Assembly (NCBI GenBank): GCA_050246315.1
Contig: JBFWWG010000004.1
Location: forward strand, 128,001-192,000
Origin: Nitrospiraceae bacterium
GTDB taxonomy: Bacteria > Nitrospirota > Nitrospiria > Nitrospirales > Nitrospiraceae
DNA length: 64,000 nt
Reading direction: 5' to 3'
Shown here: piece by piece, positions 8,654 through 18,508 of the stretch
Position numbering within the stretch: the stretch's first letter is position 1
Layout: each line of letters begins with the position of its first letter
Translations under genes and position numbers: made by a program
Notes under the pieces: model-generated
The model's input: the letters and a program-made list of their open reading frames with translations, nothing else
Told to the model about the DNA's origin: nothing
The model's database searches: none

Positions 8654-8833
8654 TTATTGCAAGCGCGCAGCCCGATGGACCCATTCGTCGAGATCTCGGC
8701 GTACAAAGCGCCAGTGCTTTCCGATCTTAGATGCGGGAATCTGCCCGAGCCGAGCCAGCTTATAGACGGTGGATTTTGGGACGCGGAGCAAATGCGCAAC
8801 CTCGAGAACGGTGAGGATTTCAATCTGTGCCAT
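8654..8833 (-). CDS. Small excisionase-family (HTH_17/MerR-like) DNA-binding protein, 59 aa
   Basis: ILTVLEVAHLLRVPKSTVYKLARLGQIPASKIGKHWRF. Start at ATG 8833, downstream of a sigma28 promoter. Confidence 0.85.
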   Translation of the reverse strand: MAQIEILTVLEVAHLLRVPKSTVYKLARLGQIPASKIGKHWRFVRRDLDEWVHRAARLQ

Positions 8834-8894
8834 GACCGTGGCTCCACCTGGCCGTTGATTCATCGGGCGCACACATCCCCTTGCCTGTTGTGTG

Positions 8895-8922
8895 TTATCG
8901 GCCCGAGACCGAGGAAACTTAA
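8895..8922 (-). promoter_or_regulatory. sigma28 (FliA) promoter for the HTH gene and probably motAB
   Basis: TTAAGTTT-N12-GCCGATAA on the minus strand. Confidence 0.85.
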
Positions 8923-8973
8923 GACAGGGCTTCTCACCGATCTGGTCCGCCATGCCATCGGGAGCTGCCTGGA

Positions 8974-9579
8974 TCAGGCATGCGACAGGCCAGGCGCGCG
9001 CTGTTCGCCACGCCGCTGTTCAGCCTGGACGTGAAGAATGTGGCGGATGAGGGATTCCTGATGATCGGCACTAATGTCGAGAAACTTTGCCCCGATGAGA
9101 TATTTTTTCTCTTCCGACCCTCTTGATTCAGTCACACGACTGACCTCCGCCACAGCGGCAATCGGAAAGAACGGTGGAAGAATCAGCTTCACCTCAATCT
9201 GGTCGCCTTCGTGGAAGCGTTGGTCGGTCGGGAAACTGATCCCGGTTGCACTGATATTGACCTGCGTCATTTTCGGCAGCGGAAGCCCGCCAGGCACCGT
9301 CTGTGCCAGTGCTCCGACAACCAAGGCCAGCGCCCAATCGATCTTCATGAGCCAGGGAACCAGCAAGGCTTGAGGGTCATCGGGCCTGATTTGATTCAGC
9401 AGACGGTCCGTGGGCGCGGAGATGAAATCATGGATCGCCGTTGCGCTACGGGGGTCCATTCCGATAACGGTGCAAGTAGAAGGCTGTCCAATCGAGCGAT
9501 ACTCCAGTAGTAGCCGATCATCGATGCGCTGCCAACCTCGTCGATCGAATTCCACCGATTCTGTCGTCGGCAATGGCAC
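8974..9579 (-). CDS. PilZ-domain c-di-GMP receptor
   Basis: RRGWQR (RxxxR) and NISATG (D/NxSxxG). GTG 9579 follows GGAGG; the ORF track starts at 9666. Confidence 0.85.
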   Translation of the reverse strand: MPLPTTESVEFDRRGWQRIDDRLLLEYRSIGQPSTCTVIGMDPRSATAIHDFISAPTDRLLNQIRPDDPQALLVPWLMKIDWALALVVGALAQTVPGGLPLPKMTQVNISATGISFPTDQRFHEGDQIEVKLILPPFFPIAAVAEVSRVTESRGSEEKKYLIGAKFLDISADHQESLIRHILHVQAEQRRGEQRAPGLSHA

Positions 9580-9596
9580 GTTCCGGCTTCCTCCAG

Positions 9597-9950
9597 CTAG
9601 CTGAGACGATCGAGTTGCCTCCCCACCGATCGGCCGTCGACCAGGGTCGATGAAAATGATTTCCACCGAGACCGCGCGGCCGCCGCCTCCACCAACAATT
9701 GGTGCAGGGCGGCTTTCGCCACGAGGGCGCGCGCCATAATGGTCTCGTCCATGGCCAGGAGCGCACAGGCCAGGTTCGGCATCACATGGTTATGTTTGAA
9801 CCACGTGCGACGCGCGTCATAACAAGCCGAGACTCGGTCCCAGTCTCCTCGCTCGGCGGCTTCCAGCGCCTCGACTGTGAGACGGCCGATCCCGTCAGTC
9901 CACGCCCCTGGTGTCGGAAAGTTATTCGGTTCGGGCATGAATGGCCGCAC
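9597..9950 (-). CDS. FliT-like helical chaperone (hypothetical)
   Basis: Position after fliS, AERGDWDRV..YDARR pattern and all-helical composition. Start uncertain. Confidence 0.55.
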   Translation of the reverse strand: MRPFMPEPNNFPTPGAWTDGIGRLTVEALEAAERGDWDRVSACYDARRTWFKHNHVMPNLACALLAMDETIMARALVAKAALHQLLVEAAAARSRWKSFSSTLVDGRSVGRQLDRLS

Positions 9951-10314
9951 CGCTTTCCGCGAGCTTCTGCCAAGCCTCGCGTAAGATGCTCAGGCATCGG
10001 ACCGGGCCATCGAGACGATGGGCCTGATGGTGAAGATTGACGTAAAGCAGCTCCGCCAAGATGTAATCGTACAGACGCCGCAAGGACACCGCAATGTCTT
10101 CGCCCTGCTGCATGTCGAGCACGTCGGACAATTCCGTTACAATGTTGACCGCACGGCTTAGGAACCTGGCCCTGTCGGCTGCTCGATTCCCCCGGATGCT
10201 TTCCTGCGCGAGCAGCATGGCCTGGATTGCTCCGTCGTACAGGACCACGACCACCTGCACGCCGGACGAGGTCATCACATTTGTTTGCTGGTACTGCTGG
10301 ACCGCACTTCGCAT
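9922..10314 (-). CDS. fliS: Flagellin chaperone FliS
   Basis: QYQQ..V.TSS..VVVLYDGAI, LDM..G.DIA..L.RLYDY and LREAW motifs. Confidence 0.95.
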   Translation of the reverse strand: MRSAVQQYQQTNVMTSSGVQVVVVLYDGAIQAMLLAQESIRGNRAADRARFLSRAVNIVTELSDVLDMQQGEDIAVSLRRLYDYILAELLYVNLHHQAHRLDGPVRCLSILREAWQKLAESGAAIHARTE

Positions 10315-10329
10315 GACACCTCTTTACGA

Positions 10330-11721
10330 TCAGGAGATTCGCGTGCGCAAGAAGTCGGCTTGAGACTGGAGCTGGCGGAGCAAGCCGTCCAAGTTGGCAT
10401 ATTGGAGCCGCAGTCGCGCCTCATAGGCCGCCACCTCGTCTTCCTTCCGCTGGATACTGTCGGCCATTTTCTCGATTTCTTGAGTCAGGCTGTTCTTGCG
10501 GGAGGACACCACACCAGTTTCCAATTCGTCCAGCCGGTCGACGGCCTCCGTGACACGCTGGGCAATTCCGGTCACGGTCGACTGCCGAATAAACAACGCG
10601 CGAGCGGCTGAGTAGTCGGTGCTGAGTGCTTGGGACAGCCTAGCTTCATCGAGTGTGAGGGTGCCGTCGCGTTCCGTCTTGAACCCCACCTGACCCGCGC
10701 TGGTATAAGTGGACAGTCCTGGCACTTCTCCGGAGATAGCCTGTCGAAGCGCAGAGAGCGTGGTCCGGACCGCCGATTCCCCCGTCAAAATTCCCGCCTT
10801 CGCGGTCGCCGGATCGAAGGTCGCCCGCTCATGAATGAATTTCACCACGTCGTTGTAGGCAGCGACCAGTTTCTTGATGTTGTCCTTCACCGTTGCGGTA
10901 TCGAGGCTGACGGTCACGTTGACCGAGTCCGTTCCGACTGTCACCTGCTTGAGGTTGAGCGTCACGCCCGGGATGACATCCGTGACGGTGTTCCCGCTCC
11001 GTTGGATAGTCAATTGCGTTTGGGCAGGATCCCCGATGACGAGGATCGCATCCTGCGCGACTTGAAGCGTGTCCGCCCCCCCCGTACCGGACGTGTTGGC
11101 CAGGTCCAAGGCGGTGCCGTCGGCCGTGATGGAAATCGTGTTGGCGGCTCCCGTACTGGTTCCCGTCAGCACCAGCCGATAGGCGGGTGCCTGTGCTGTT
11201 CCGGAGTTCACTATGGACGCGGTGACGCCAGCGCCCAGGTCGTTGATGGCTGTACGCAAGTCCTCCAGCGTGCCACTATCCCCCAAAGTTACCGTCTGCT
11301 CCGCCCCGGTTCCCACGCGGAAGGACACCACGGCCGACGTCCCGGCCACGATGTCCGCTGTGGAACTCGCAACCGCTTTGGCCGCCTTGTTGGTTATTTG
11401 ATGAGCGGTGGCGAGTTGGGTAACCTGCACCCGGTAGTTGCCCTGGACCGCCGTAGAGGAAGAGGAAAGAGAGAGGACTTCCTCGTCGCTGACGGTTGCG
11501 CTCGTGCGATCAAATGAACTCGCGAGTCTCAAGGCATCCGCAGCCCCTTGGACTGCCAGCAGCTTGGCGCCGAGTGAACCTAGATCGGCCAGTTTTGATT
11601 GCAATACTGTCTTCTTTTCGTTCAGCTTATCGATCGGCAAGCGCTGGATCTTCACCAGCTCGGTCACAACCTGGCCGAAGTCGATGCCGTTGCCCAGACC
11701 TCCGAAACTGACAGTCGCCAT
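10330..11721 (-). CDS. fliD: Flagellar filament cap FliD
   Basis: SFGGLGNGIDF start, VTQLA.AH, NTVTDVIPGVTLNL and C-terminal RLRLQYANLD..L.QLQSQ. Confidence 0.95.
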   Translation of the reverse strand: MATVSFGGLGNGIDFGQVVTELVKIQRLPIDKLNEKKTVLQSKLADLGSLGAKLLAVQGAADALRLASSFDRTSATVSDEEVLSLSSSSTAVQGNYRVQVTQLATAHQITNKAAKAVASSTADIVAGTSAVVSFRVGTGAEQTVTLGDSGTLEDLRTAINDLGAGVTASIVNSGTAQAPAYRLVLTGTSTGAANTISITADGTALDLANTSGTGGADTLQVAQDAILVIGDPAQTQLTIQRSGNTVTDVIPGVTLNLKQVTVGTDSVNVTVSLDTATVKDNIKKLVAAYNDVVKFIHERATFDPATAKAGILTGESAVRTTLSALRQAISGEVPGLSTYTSAGQVGFKTERDGTLTLDEARLSQALSTDYSAARALFIRQSTVTGIAQRVTEAVDRLDELETGVVSSRKNSLTQEIEKMADSIQRKEDEVAAYEARLRLQYANLDGLLRQLQSQADFLRTRIS

Positions 11722-11747
11722 CCTAGGCCTCCACCCCTGCCGAATTA

Positions 11748-12101
11748 CTAGATACGCTCGTCAACGAGCTGTCCGGGATTGCCTTGCAAGAACTTCGCAA
11801 CACGGAGCACTTCTTCCGGAGGAATCTGTTGAACGATATCACCTGACTTTTCGTTCAACACCTTCACAACCAATCGATGTAGCTCCGGATCGACTTCATA
11901 ACGAAGGAGGGAATCATTGGACGAGGACACCTGCTCCATGCTCGCCCTGCCTCGGATCGGTCCATCTCGACCGCCGACACCGGTTTCCTCCTCCACCACA
12001 TGACGGAACGAAGCGGGGCGCGCCTGAGAACGAATCTGCCCGGTCTCCACAGTTCCGCCGGCCGTCATCGGCCCACTTGAGTTGGCCACCTCCGGAATCA
12101 T
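11748..12101 (-). CDS. flaG: FlaG family protein
   Basis: LRYEVD.E...LVVKV.NEKSGDIVQQIPPEEVL; located between fliC and fliD. Confidence 0.9.
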   Translation of the reverse strand: MIPEVANSSGPMTAGGTVETGQIRSQARPASFRHVVEEETGVGGRDGPIRGRASMEQVSSSNDSLLRYEVDPELHRLVVKVLNEKSGDIVQQIPPEEVLRVAKFLQGNPGQLVDERI

Positions 12102-12132
12102 AGGCACCTCCCTGAGCAGCTCCTCCTACCCG

Positions 12133-12160
12133 TTCCTCCCCCGGCGAACCGAGGGAGGAA
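12133..12160 (-). terminator. Stem-loop after fliC (terminator or mRNA stabiliser)
   Basis: TTCCTCCC-CCGGCGAACCGA-GGGAGGAA; no U-tract. Confidence 0.5.
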
Positions 12161-12180
12161 GAGTGGAGCGAGTTACCCGG

Positions 12181-13008
12181 TTACCTGCTGAGGAGAGCCA
12201 GTGCCGCCTGCGGCAGCGAGTTGGCCTGCGCCAGAATCGCGACGCCCGACTGCACAAGGATCTGGTTCCGCGTGAAGATCGCAGTTTCATACGCCACATC
12301 GGCATCCCGAATGCGGGACTCGGCGGCCGAAAAGTTCTCGCCGGTCACCGCCAGGTTGGAGATCGTGGTCTCAAACCGGTTTTGAATGGACCCGTATTCC
12401 GCACGGGCGGTGGCAACGGCGCTGATGGCGCTGTCGATGTTGGCCAACGAACTTTGGGCGTTGTTGGCGGAGGAAATGTTGACGCTGCTCAATCCCAGCG
12501 CATTGAGGTCCAGATCGTTCAGATCGAGCGACAGCACGTTGCTGGACCCGCTCTTGAACCCGACGAATACGCTGAAACTGTTGGTGGCCCCGCTCAGAAG
12601 CGCCTGGCCGTTGAATTCGGTGACGCTGGCGATCCGGTCGATTTCCGAACGCAACGCGACGAATTCCTGATCCAGGTAGGATCGCTCTGTCGTACCGACC
12701 GTCCCGCTGCCCGACTGAGTGGCCAATTCGCGCATCCGGGCAAGCAGGTTCCCGATTTCTTGCGCCGCACCGTCCGCGATCTGCGTCAGACTGATGCCGT
12801 CGCTGGCATTTCGTTTTGCCTGATTAATGCTGCGGATACTCGCCCGCAACGTTTCCGAGACGCCCAGGCCGGCTGCATCATCTGCGGCCCGGGTGATTCG
12901 CAAGCCCGAAGACAAACGTTCAACCGACCGGGTCAGCGAATTCGTGCTGCTTGTCAGGTTTCGTTGGGCGGCCAAAGACGCGAGGTTAGTATTGACTACA
13001 AGTGACAT
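12181..13008 (-). CDS. fliC: Flagellin (short, 275 aa)
   Basis: ERLSSGLRITRAADDAAGL, GSIQNRF, AESRIRDADVA and QANSLPQ..L.LL motifs. Confidence 0.97.
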   Translation of the reverse strand: MSLVVNTNLASLAAQRNLTSSTNSLTRSVERLSSGLRITRAADDAAGLGVSETLRASIRSINQAKRNASDGISLTQIADGAAQEIGNLLARMRELATQSGSGTVGTTERSYLDQEFVALRSEIDRIASVTEFNGQALLSGATNSFSVFVGFKSGSSNVLSLDLNDLDLNALGLSSVNISSANNAQSSLANIDSAISAVATARAEYGSIQNRFETTISNLAVTGENFSAAESRIRDADVAYETAIFTRNQILVQSGVAILAQANSLPQAALALLSR

Positions 13009-13058
13009 GGACCCTTCCTCCTAACTCATCACGCACAAGTCAACAAGTGTGAGCCATC

Positions 13059-13070
13059 AGCTTCCGTGCT
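13059..13070 (-). promoter_or_regulatory. Candidate CsrA-binding hairpin in the fliC 5' UTR
   Basis: AGC-ACGGAA-GCT places ANGGA in a loop. A second site may overlap the SD sequence AGGAGGA. csrA and fliW are in the window. Confidence 0.55.
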
Positions 13071-13147
13071 CATGACCCAGCGGCCATGCCGACCAGCGAG
13101 GTTGCGCGCATCCCAGCCGTCTCATGCCGCCGTGTTCTGTGCCCTCG

Positions 13148-13174
13148 TTATCGGCAGTCGCCCGTTGGACTTGA
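13148..13174 (-). promoter_or_regulatory. sigma28 promoter of fliC
   Basis: TCAAGTCC-N11-GCCGATAA. Confidence 0.9.
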
Positions 13175-13235
13175 GTCCTGAACCGGGTTTGGCGAAGGTT
13201 CTGTTCGACAACGGATATCAATGGACAACAGTGGC

Positions 13236-13778
13236 TCAGAGCATCGGCTGGTCCGCCCCCGGCAGCCTAGCCAAGACCTCGTATTGCAAGAGATCGCCTA
13301 TGCGAACCGCATCTTTGCGACTGCGAGCCTCCAGTAGTTCAGCGATCCACGGCACCAACGAATCCCGTTTTTCAGTGGAGGTGTACCCGCGATCCTGTTC
13401 AACGGCTTCCACATAGTCGGCCAACCGGCCGAGCCATCCATCAAGGCCTGCGGTGGCCGTCTCCCCTCGCTGGTGCGCCGCGACCAACGCCGTTCCTTCC
13501 TGTCTCAATTGCCGTCCATAAGTCTCCACCAGCTCACGGGTAGCAGCGGAGATCTCGGCGACGGGCTGCGAGGTGGCCCGAACGACCCCGATCAGGCTAC
13601 CGGGTTGGGAGAGAAAATCCGGGTGGAGGTCACGGTCGGTGACGGGACGTCCTCCAACCTCCAACCTCATCACCACATGCTGTCTGGTCTGTGCCCGATC
13701 ACTTACCTGGGCAAGCGCTTCGAACAAAGTTGCCTCATCAGAGAGTTCCCACTCCTCGTCGTTCAAGAATATCCGCAT
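13236..13778 (-). CDS. Hypothetical protein of the flagellin-modification locus
   Basis: Clean ORF with RBS AAAGGAG. Ubiquitin/ThiS-like N-terminal pattern and helical C-terminus (DAVRIGDLLQYE). Confidence 0.7.
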   Translation of the reverse strand: MRIFLNDEEWELSDEATLFEALAQVSDRAQTRQHVVMRLEVGGRPVTDRDLHPDFLSQPGSLIGVVRATSQPVAEISAATRELVETYGRQLRQEGTALVAAHQRGETATAGLDGWLGRLADYVEAVEQDRGYTSTEKRDSLVPWIAELLEARSRKDAVRIGDLLQYEVLARLPGADQPML

Positions 13779-13805
13779 GATCGCCTCTCCTTTCCTGCGA
13801 CTCTC

Positions 13806-15491
13806 CTACGCCGTGTCCGCGGCGGACATTCGGCGCACCGTCAACACCGGCACTGACACCGATTGCCGGCAATTATCGCTCGTGAGAGAAAAGATCAGAT
13901 GGGCCACCTCATGAACGCGCCGCTGCCATGCCCGATAGGCGCTCAATTGCTCCGATGCCATGGCGGTCAGCGTCAACGCCTCCCCGTTGCAGGTTTCTCG
14001 CACGAAGGCCACTGTGGCAGAGCCGAAAGCCAAACCTTCGGCGGCGAGAGTGACGGCACGCCGGCGCAGGTCACGCATCTCCGCCTGAAGCGCTTGCACT
14101 GATGAGACCGGTGGAACCGAACGGCGACACAACCGCTCAAGCTCGTCCGCTTGCGCAACCAACCGCCGGAGCAATGGAGCAAGATACCGAAATACTGCTC
14201 GCTGCTCCTTCGCGTCCGGCGCCTCCCCTTGCGGTACCGGGCTAAGGCTCTCACGTCCAGTAAATTCCTGAAACCAATAGCGTCTCCACAGGGCGGCATA
14301 CCACTCACTTACAGCATCTGCTCGTCCCACCTTCAGTTTGTAAGCCCCAAGCCCGTCATCATCGAGAGCGGATTCATAGATCCGAACGCCGGTCGAATGA
14401 GCCGGCATCGGGCCGAGTCCCATGCCATACAGACAGAGCTCCGCAGCCTGCTCAGAAAGGATCCGATCCTTACAGGCATGATGCGCGCAGACCTGATCAA
14501 ATCCGCATGGAGCGCACCCAAGATCCGGCTGCACGACCCAATGGCCCGGCCCATAGGGGCCGGTCTCGCGAAAGTCCACGTGCCCCACAGACAGATCGAT
14601 GACCGGTGTGCCGGCCGAGACTGCCAGATGCATCGGCCCCGTATCGTTCGTCAGCAACAGCCGGCACTCCGCCAGCAGTGCCGTCAGGGACTTCACATCG
14701 GTGCGTCCCAACACATTCCGGAGAGGCGCGGCCCCCCCTGCATTTCGATAGGCGTTGATCGCCAGTTCCACCGCCTCCCGCTCGACCTCCGTACCGATCA
14801 TGACGAATCCGACCGTCGCGCGGCGGGCGATTGCGGCCATAGCCCGGCCAAACGAGTCGGGACGCCAAGCTTTGATGATCTCGCTTGCCCCGACCTGCAC
14901 GGCCATCCACCCCTCCGCCGGTCGTTGCCGGCCGAGGAGCGCCCGAGCCTCCTCGCGGGCCTTAGATGAAACGGGCATCCGCAATGGAGTAAAGGGACCG
15001 TGACCGCTGCCGCCGAGTGCATAGAGATCGACGAGATTGAACCGGTTCAACCGTCGATGCCGATGCAGATCCGTAAAGTAGGCCATCCAGGCATTCCGTA
15101 CAACCGTCGCCCCGTCGGTGGCACAGGTGACGCCGCGAATATCAGGTGCCCCGATATACGCAGCCAGCAACCCGCTTCGCCGGTTGAACGTGAGATTCAC
15201 GATCCGGTCATAACGCACTTCAGCCAATGGCCGAGCCCACTCCTTTAGCTCGCGATACAACGTGACCAGGTCCTTCGCCATTGCACGCCCGTTCTCGGTC
15301 AGGGCCCGGAAGTCGAGCGCATGGACCTGTCGTACATTTGGCAACAACGCGGCCACAGAGGCAAAACTCTGGTCCACGACCAGATCCACCGCCGCATCCG
15401 GCCATTCATGGCGAAGCCGCGCGATCAATGGGACCGACTGGACCAGATCGCCCATCCTGGTGATGTTCAGGATCAAGACCCGGCGGCTCAC
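13806..15491 (-). CDS. Glycosyltransferase family 9 (heptosyltransferase-like) with C-terminal extension
   Basis: ITRMGDLVQSVP and LLTNDTGPMHLA motifs. Confidence 0.88.
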   Translation of the reverse strand: MSRRVLILNITRMGDLVQSVPLIARLRHEWPDAAVDLVVDQSFASVAALLPNVRQVHALDFRALTENGRAMAKDLVTLYRELKEWARPLAEVRYDRIVNLTFNRRSGLLAAYIGAPDIRGVTCATDGATVVRNAWMAYFTDLHRHRRLNRFNLVDLYALGGSGHGPFTPLRMPVSSKAREEARALLGRQRPAEGWMAVQVGASEIIKAWRPDSFGRAMAAIARRATVGFVMIGTEVEREAVELAINAYRNAGGAAPLRNVLGRTDVKSLTALLAECRLLLTNDTGPMHLAVSAGTPVIDLSVGHVDFRETGPYGPGHWVVQPDLGCAPCGFDQVCAHHACKDRILSEQAAELCLYGMGLGPMPAHSTGVRIYESALDDDGLGAYKLKVGRADAVSEWYAALWRRYWFQEFTGRESLSPVPQGEAPDAKEQRAVFRYLAPLLRRLVAQADELERLCRRSVPPVSSVQALQAEMRDLRRRAVTLAAEGLAFGSATVAFVRETCNGEALTLTAMASEQLSAYRAWQRRVHEVAHLIFSLTSDNCRQSVSVPVLTVRRMSAADTA

Positions 15492-17305
15492 AGCAGATCC
15501 CTCATGTCCGAGCGATGCTCATCGAGCAGAAGGATCAACAGCTCTTCGCGGCCGAGGGTGGCCGTGGCTCCTTTCGCCTTGATCCTGGCCGCAAGATCTC
15601 GTAGTTCCACCCGCTCGGTGTCAGGCCCCTGCCGCAAGAGCGGGATCAACTCGGGAGTGTCCCGGCTCTGCTCCGCTAGGCGTCCGGCCTGCCGATCGCC
15701 GCGTAGAATCGCCCCGACCCGATCCGGCTCGCCCATGCCGATCCTCGCCAGCAGGGTCTTCATCCGATGCACATACGTATGTTCTCGCAAGGTTCGATCA
15801 TAGGCTTCCTGGGCCATCACCCGCCTGGCTTCCGGTTCCTGTCGCCATGTCTGGAGGTATCTCACAAGCCCATCCTCATCGGTCAAGGTCGCTATTTGCC
15901 CGGAGTCGAAGAGGTTCGGAAGCAACCTTCGTCGGTCCACCAGTTGAAAAGCGCGGCAGGCCGCCAACTCGAACGTGCGCGGGTTGACAAAGTCGCCCTC
16001 CGGATCGAACCCCGTTCCGACATGGGAGTGTAGGTTTAGATTAATCGCCGTGGCGTTGAAGATCTTCACGCAGGTCTCGGTATCGACCCGCGCTCCGCCC
16101 CGTTGAAGCGCCGGCTGTACCGCCGCCGCTCCCTCCCACTCATTGCCCCAGATCTTGAACGTCCATTCCGAGGAGGTCAGCCGGGGCAACAGCGCGCGGC
16201 GGTTCGCATAGCCGGCGCCGACAAAGGCGACGTCGGCCCCGAACTCGCGCCGCTCTGCCTCAGAGAGCTCCAACGGCCGGTGAACGGCCGGATCGGCCGC
16301 CATCGGCAGATACTCAATCTGCTTGGCACCGGCCCATCGCATCGCTTCATGGCAGCGGTCCTGCTGAATGACGAACCAGTAGTCGTAGCCGCCCGCCACC
16401 TGTTGCCAATAGGTCAGGTGGCGATAGTTCTCGACGAACCACATGCTCGTCAGAAACTTCTTGCGTCGCAGATGCTCCAACACCGGAAGCGTCAACGGCG
16501 CCTGAGCCAGGGCCAGGATGAGGTCCGGCGGATCTTCCGCAACGCGGGCCAGCGACCATTGGCTGAGCAGCTCCGCGAACTTAGCCTGGAGCAACTGGCG
16601 ATGCCGCCCGTCGGATAGTCCCGCCATCGCCTCATAGCTGCCGTGATGGAAACTGTGATCGATCCAGGTGACCCTGTGGCCGAGCTGTTTGAGCGCGGAA
16701 GCGGTATAGCGTGCGATGGGGAGCGACCCCCCGTAGATCGGACCCACCACCGCCACATGTAGCCGCCCCCCCATCTTCACCGCGAGGGCCTCCCTCAACG
16801 AGGTCTCGAGTGCGGCATAGGAGTCCGCGTGACAGTCGGCGGCCGGCGCATAGGTGAGCAGGCGAAGCGGCTGCGAGAAGGACGCGAGCGTCTGGGCGGC
16901 TTCTCCAGCGGGCCCAACAATCCATCGGACGAGACCGATCCAATCACCCAGATCGCGTGCACGGCATGCGTCATGAAGCTCCCTCAGGTCCGGCACGACC
17001 ACGGCAATTTGCACGCCGGTTCGCGAACGTTTGCACAGCGCCTCCACGTGATACAGGAGGCCGACGCCGAGGATGACCGCTATCTCGTTCGACTGCCAGA
17101 CCGCCAAATGACCTTCCGCCCAACGCTCCGCCTCCTGTCGGGGATCATAGGAGCTGTGGACCCAGCGGTCGCCGCACGTTGCCGTCGCCATGCCGTTGCG
17201 CGACTCAAGGATCTCCAGCACACCGCCGGATGACTCCCGGATCTGCACGGCCAGAATCGGATCGTTTTCAGCGATCCGCGCCACATTGGATTCGAAGACT
17301 GTCAT
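15488..17305 (-). CDS. Glycosyltransferase: Maf-like N-terminal segment + CgeB/Glyco_trans_1_2-type domain
   Basis: VHSSYDP..EA..W and ILGVGLLYHV (Maf N-terminal-like); DVAFVGAGYANR, INLNLH and NPRTFELAAC (CgeB-like). Confidence 0.8.
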   Translation of the reverse strand: MTVFESNVARIAENDPILAVQIRESSGGVLEILESRNGMATATCGDRWVHSSYDPRQEAERWAEGHLAVWQSNEIAVILGVGLLYHVEALCKRSRTGVQIAVVVPDLRELHDACRARDLGDWIGLVRWIVGPAGEAAQTLASFSQPLRLLTYAPAADCHADSYAALETSLREALAVKMGGRLHVAVVGPIYGGSLPIARYTASALKQLGHRVTWIDHSFHHGSYEAMAGLSDGRHRQLLQAKFAELLSQWSLARVAEDPPDLILALAQAPLTLPVLEHLRRKKFLTSMWFVENYRHLTYWQQVAGGYDYWFVIQQDRCHEAMRWAGAKQIEYLPMAADPAVHRPLELSEAERREFGADVAFVGAGYANRRALLPRLTSSEWTFKIWGNEWEGAAAVQPALQRGGARVDTETCVKIFNATAINLNLHSHVGTGFDPEGDFVNPRTFELAACRAFQLVDRRRLLPNLFDSGQIATLTDEDGLVRYLQTWRQEPEARRVMAQEAYDRTLREHTYVHRMKTLLARIGMGEPDRVGAILRGDRQAGRLAEQSRDTPELIPLLRQGPDTERVELRDLAARIKAKGATATLGREELLILLLDEHRSDMRDLL

Positions 17306-17308
17306 GTC

Positions 17309-18508
17309 TTACCGCTCGACACACAGCACGGGCCCGATCGAGGCCCAGATCGCCTCTCGCCGGCGCTCGGCGCCATCCGGATGGTGGAGCCGGCAATAGT
17401 AGGTGCCCCAGTCGTCGAACCGGCTTTTCCAAAGAGACCATTCGGGCGACGTTCCGGGGCAGGAACCCGACAGCAATAGTTCCACGCTCGACTCGACTGG
17501 CCAGTCCTGAGGTCTGCTTTGGCCAGTCGGCTCGTGTTGCCAGACCCAATGCCCTCGCCCGTACGGTCCCGTCTCGTGCACACGCGCCCGAGCGAAATAC
17601 CACCCCATCGCACGAAGTCCTAGGGCCGCCCCCAGATGGAGAGGTCCTGTATCGGCCCCGACGATCCAGTGACAGCGACTCAAGAGCGTGGCCAATTGCG
17701 CCACGGTCAATATTCCCGTTGAGTCCCAAAGGCGTCCGAGCAGCAACGGCGACAGCCTGTCTTGGATGGCGGCAGCCACCTCGGATTCCAGTCCTGTCCC
17801 AATGAGCACGACGTGAGCGAGTGAATGGGCCGTCAACAAGGTCTCGATCCAACGAGCCCATATCGACGGAGGCAGGCAGCGCTCGGAAGCTCCCGCTCCG
17901 ACCGCCACGGCGACCCACAGGCTGTCTCCCTTCCCGACCGGCGAACAGACGGCTGGAAGCTCGTCATCTGCCGCCTGAATGCGCGGCACGAACTCCGGCG
18001 GGCGAACCCCACAGAGCCCGCAAAACGCATCCGACAGATGGACGCGATCGTCCGTCCGACGGCTGGCCACGTTGCGAAGATAAGCAGCCCAAGCGGACAA
18101 TGACACACCTAGCGGACCATCCGATCCCGGTCCGACGACCTGAGCCGCCAGCAGGTGCGCGGCATAAATCGCTCGCGGATGCTGATTCAGGTTGAAAGCC
18201 AGCTCGTACGTGCCGGCGCCCAACTCATTCAGATAGTGCGTAGCCTCCCGGCAGATCTGCTGACGCCGACCGTGAGCCGACTCCACCCAGGCCCTCCATT
18301 GGGCGCCCTGCCATTCGAGGACCCGCTGGAGATGGGGAAACAATCGCGCGACCGGAGCCAGAGGCGCCGCACACAAGAGATCGAGCGTGAGCCTTGGTCG
18401 TAACTGCGTCAGGGATTCAATAGCCGGAAGTGTCTGAACTAAGTCTCCAAGTCGGGCCAATTGGATCAGCACCGCCTTTGAGAAGGGTTCTTGTACTGTT
18501 TCGCTCAT
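17309..18508 (-). CDS. Glycosyltransferase family 9
   Basis: QLARLGDLVQTLP, VGADTGPLHLGAALG and HETGPYG; paralogue of 13806-15491. Confidence 0.88.
   Translation of the reverse strand: MSETVQEPFSKAVLIQLARLGDLVQTLPAIESLTQLRPRLTLDLLCAAPLAPVARLFPHLQRVLEWQGAQWRAWVESAHGRRQQICREATHYLNELGAGTYELAFNLNQHPRAIYAAHLLAAQVVGPGSDGPLGVSLSAWAAYLRNVASRRTDDRVHLSDAFCGLCGVRPPEFVPRIQAADDELPAVCSPVGKGDSLWVAVAVGAGASERCLPPSIWARWIETLLTAHSLAHVVLIGTGLESEVAAAIQDRLSPLLLGRLWDSTGILTVAQLATLLSRCHWIVGADTGPLHLGAALGLRAMGWYFARARVHETGPYGRGHWVWQHEPTGQSRPQDWPVESSVELLLSGSCPGTSPEWSLWKSRFDDWGTYYCRLHHPDGAERRREAIWASIGPVLCVER

Noticed and set aside
8654..8833. Excisionase-like gene as evidence of a prophage or ICE
   Set aside because: No integrase, att site, tRNA or phage genes are present, and the gene has a flagellar sigma28 promoter.
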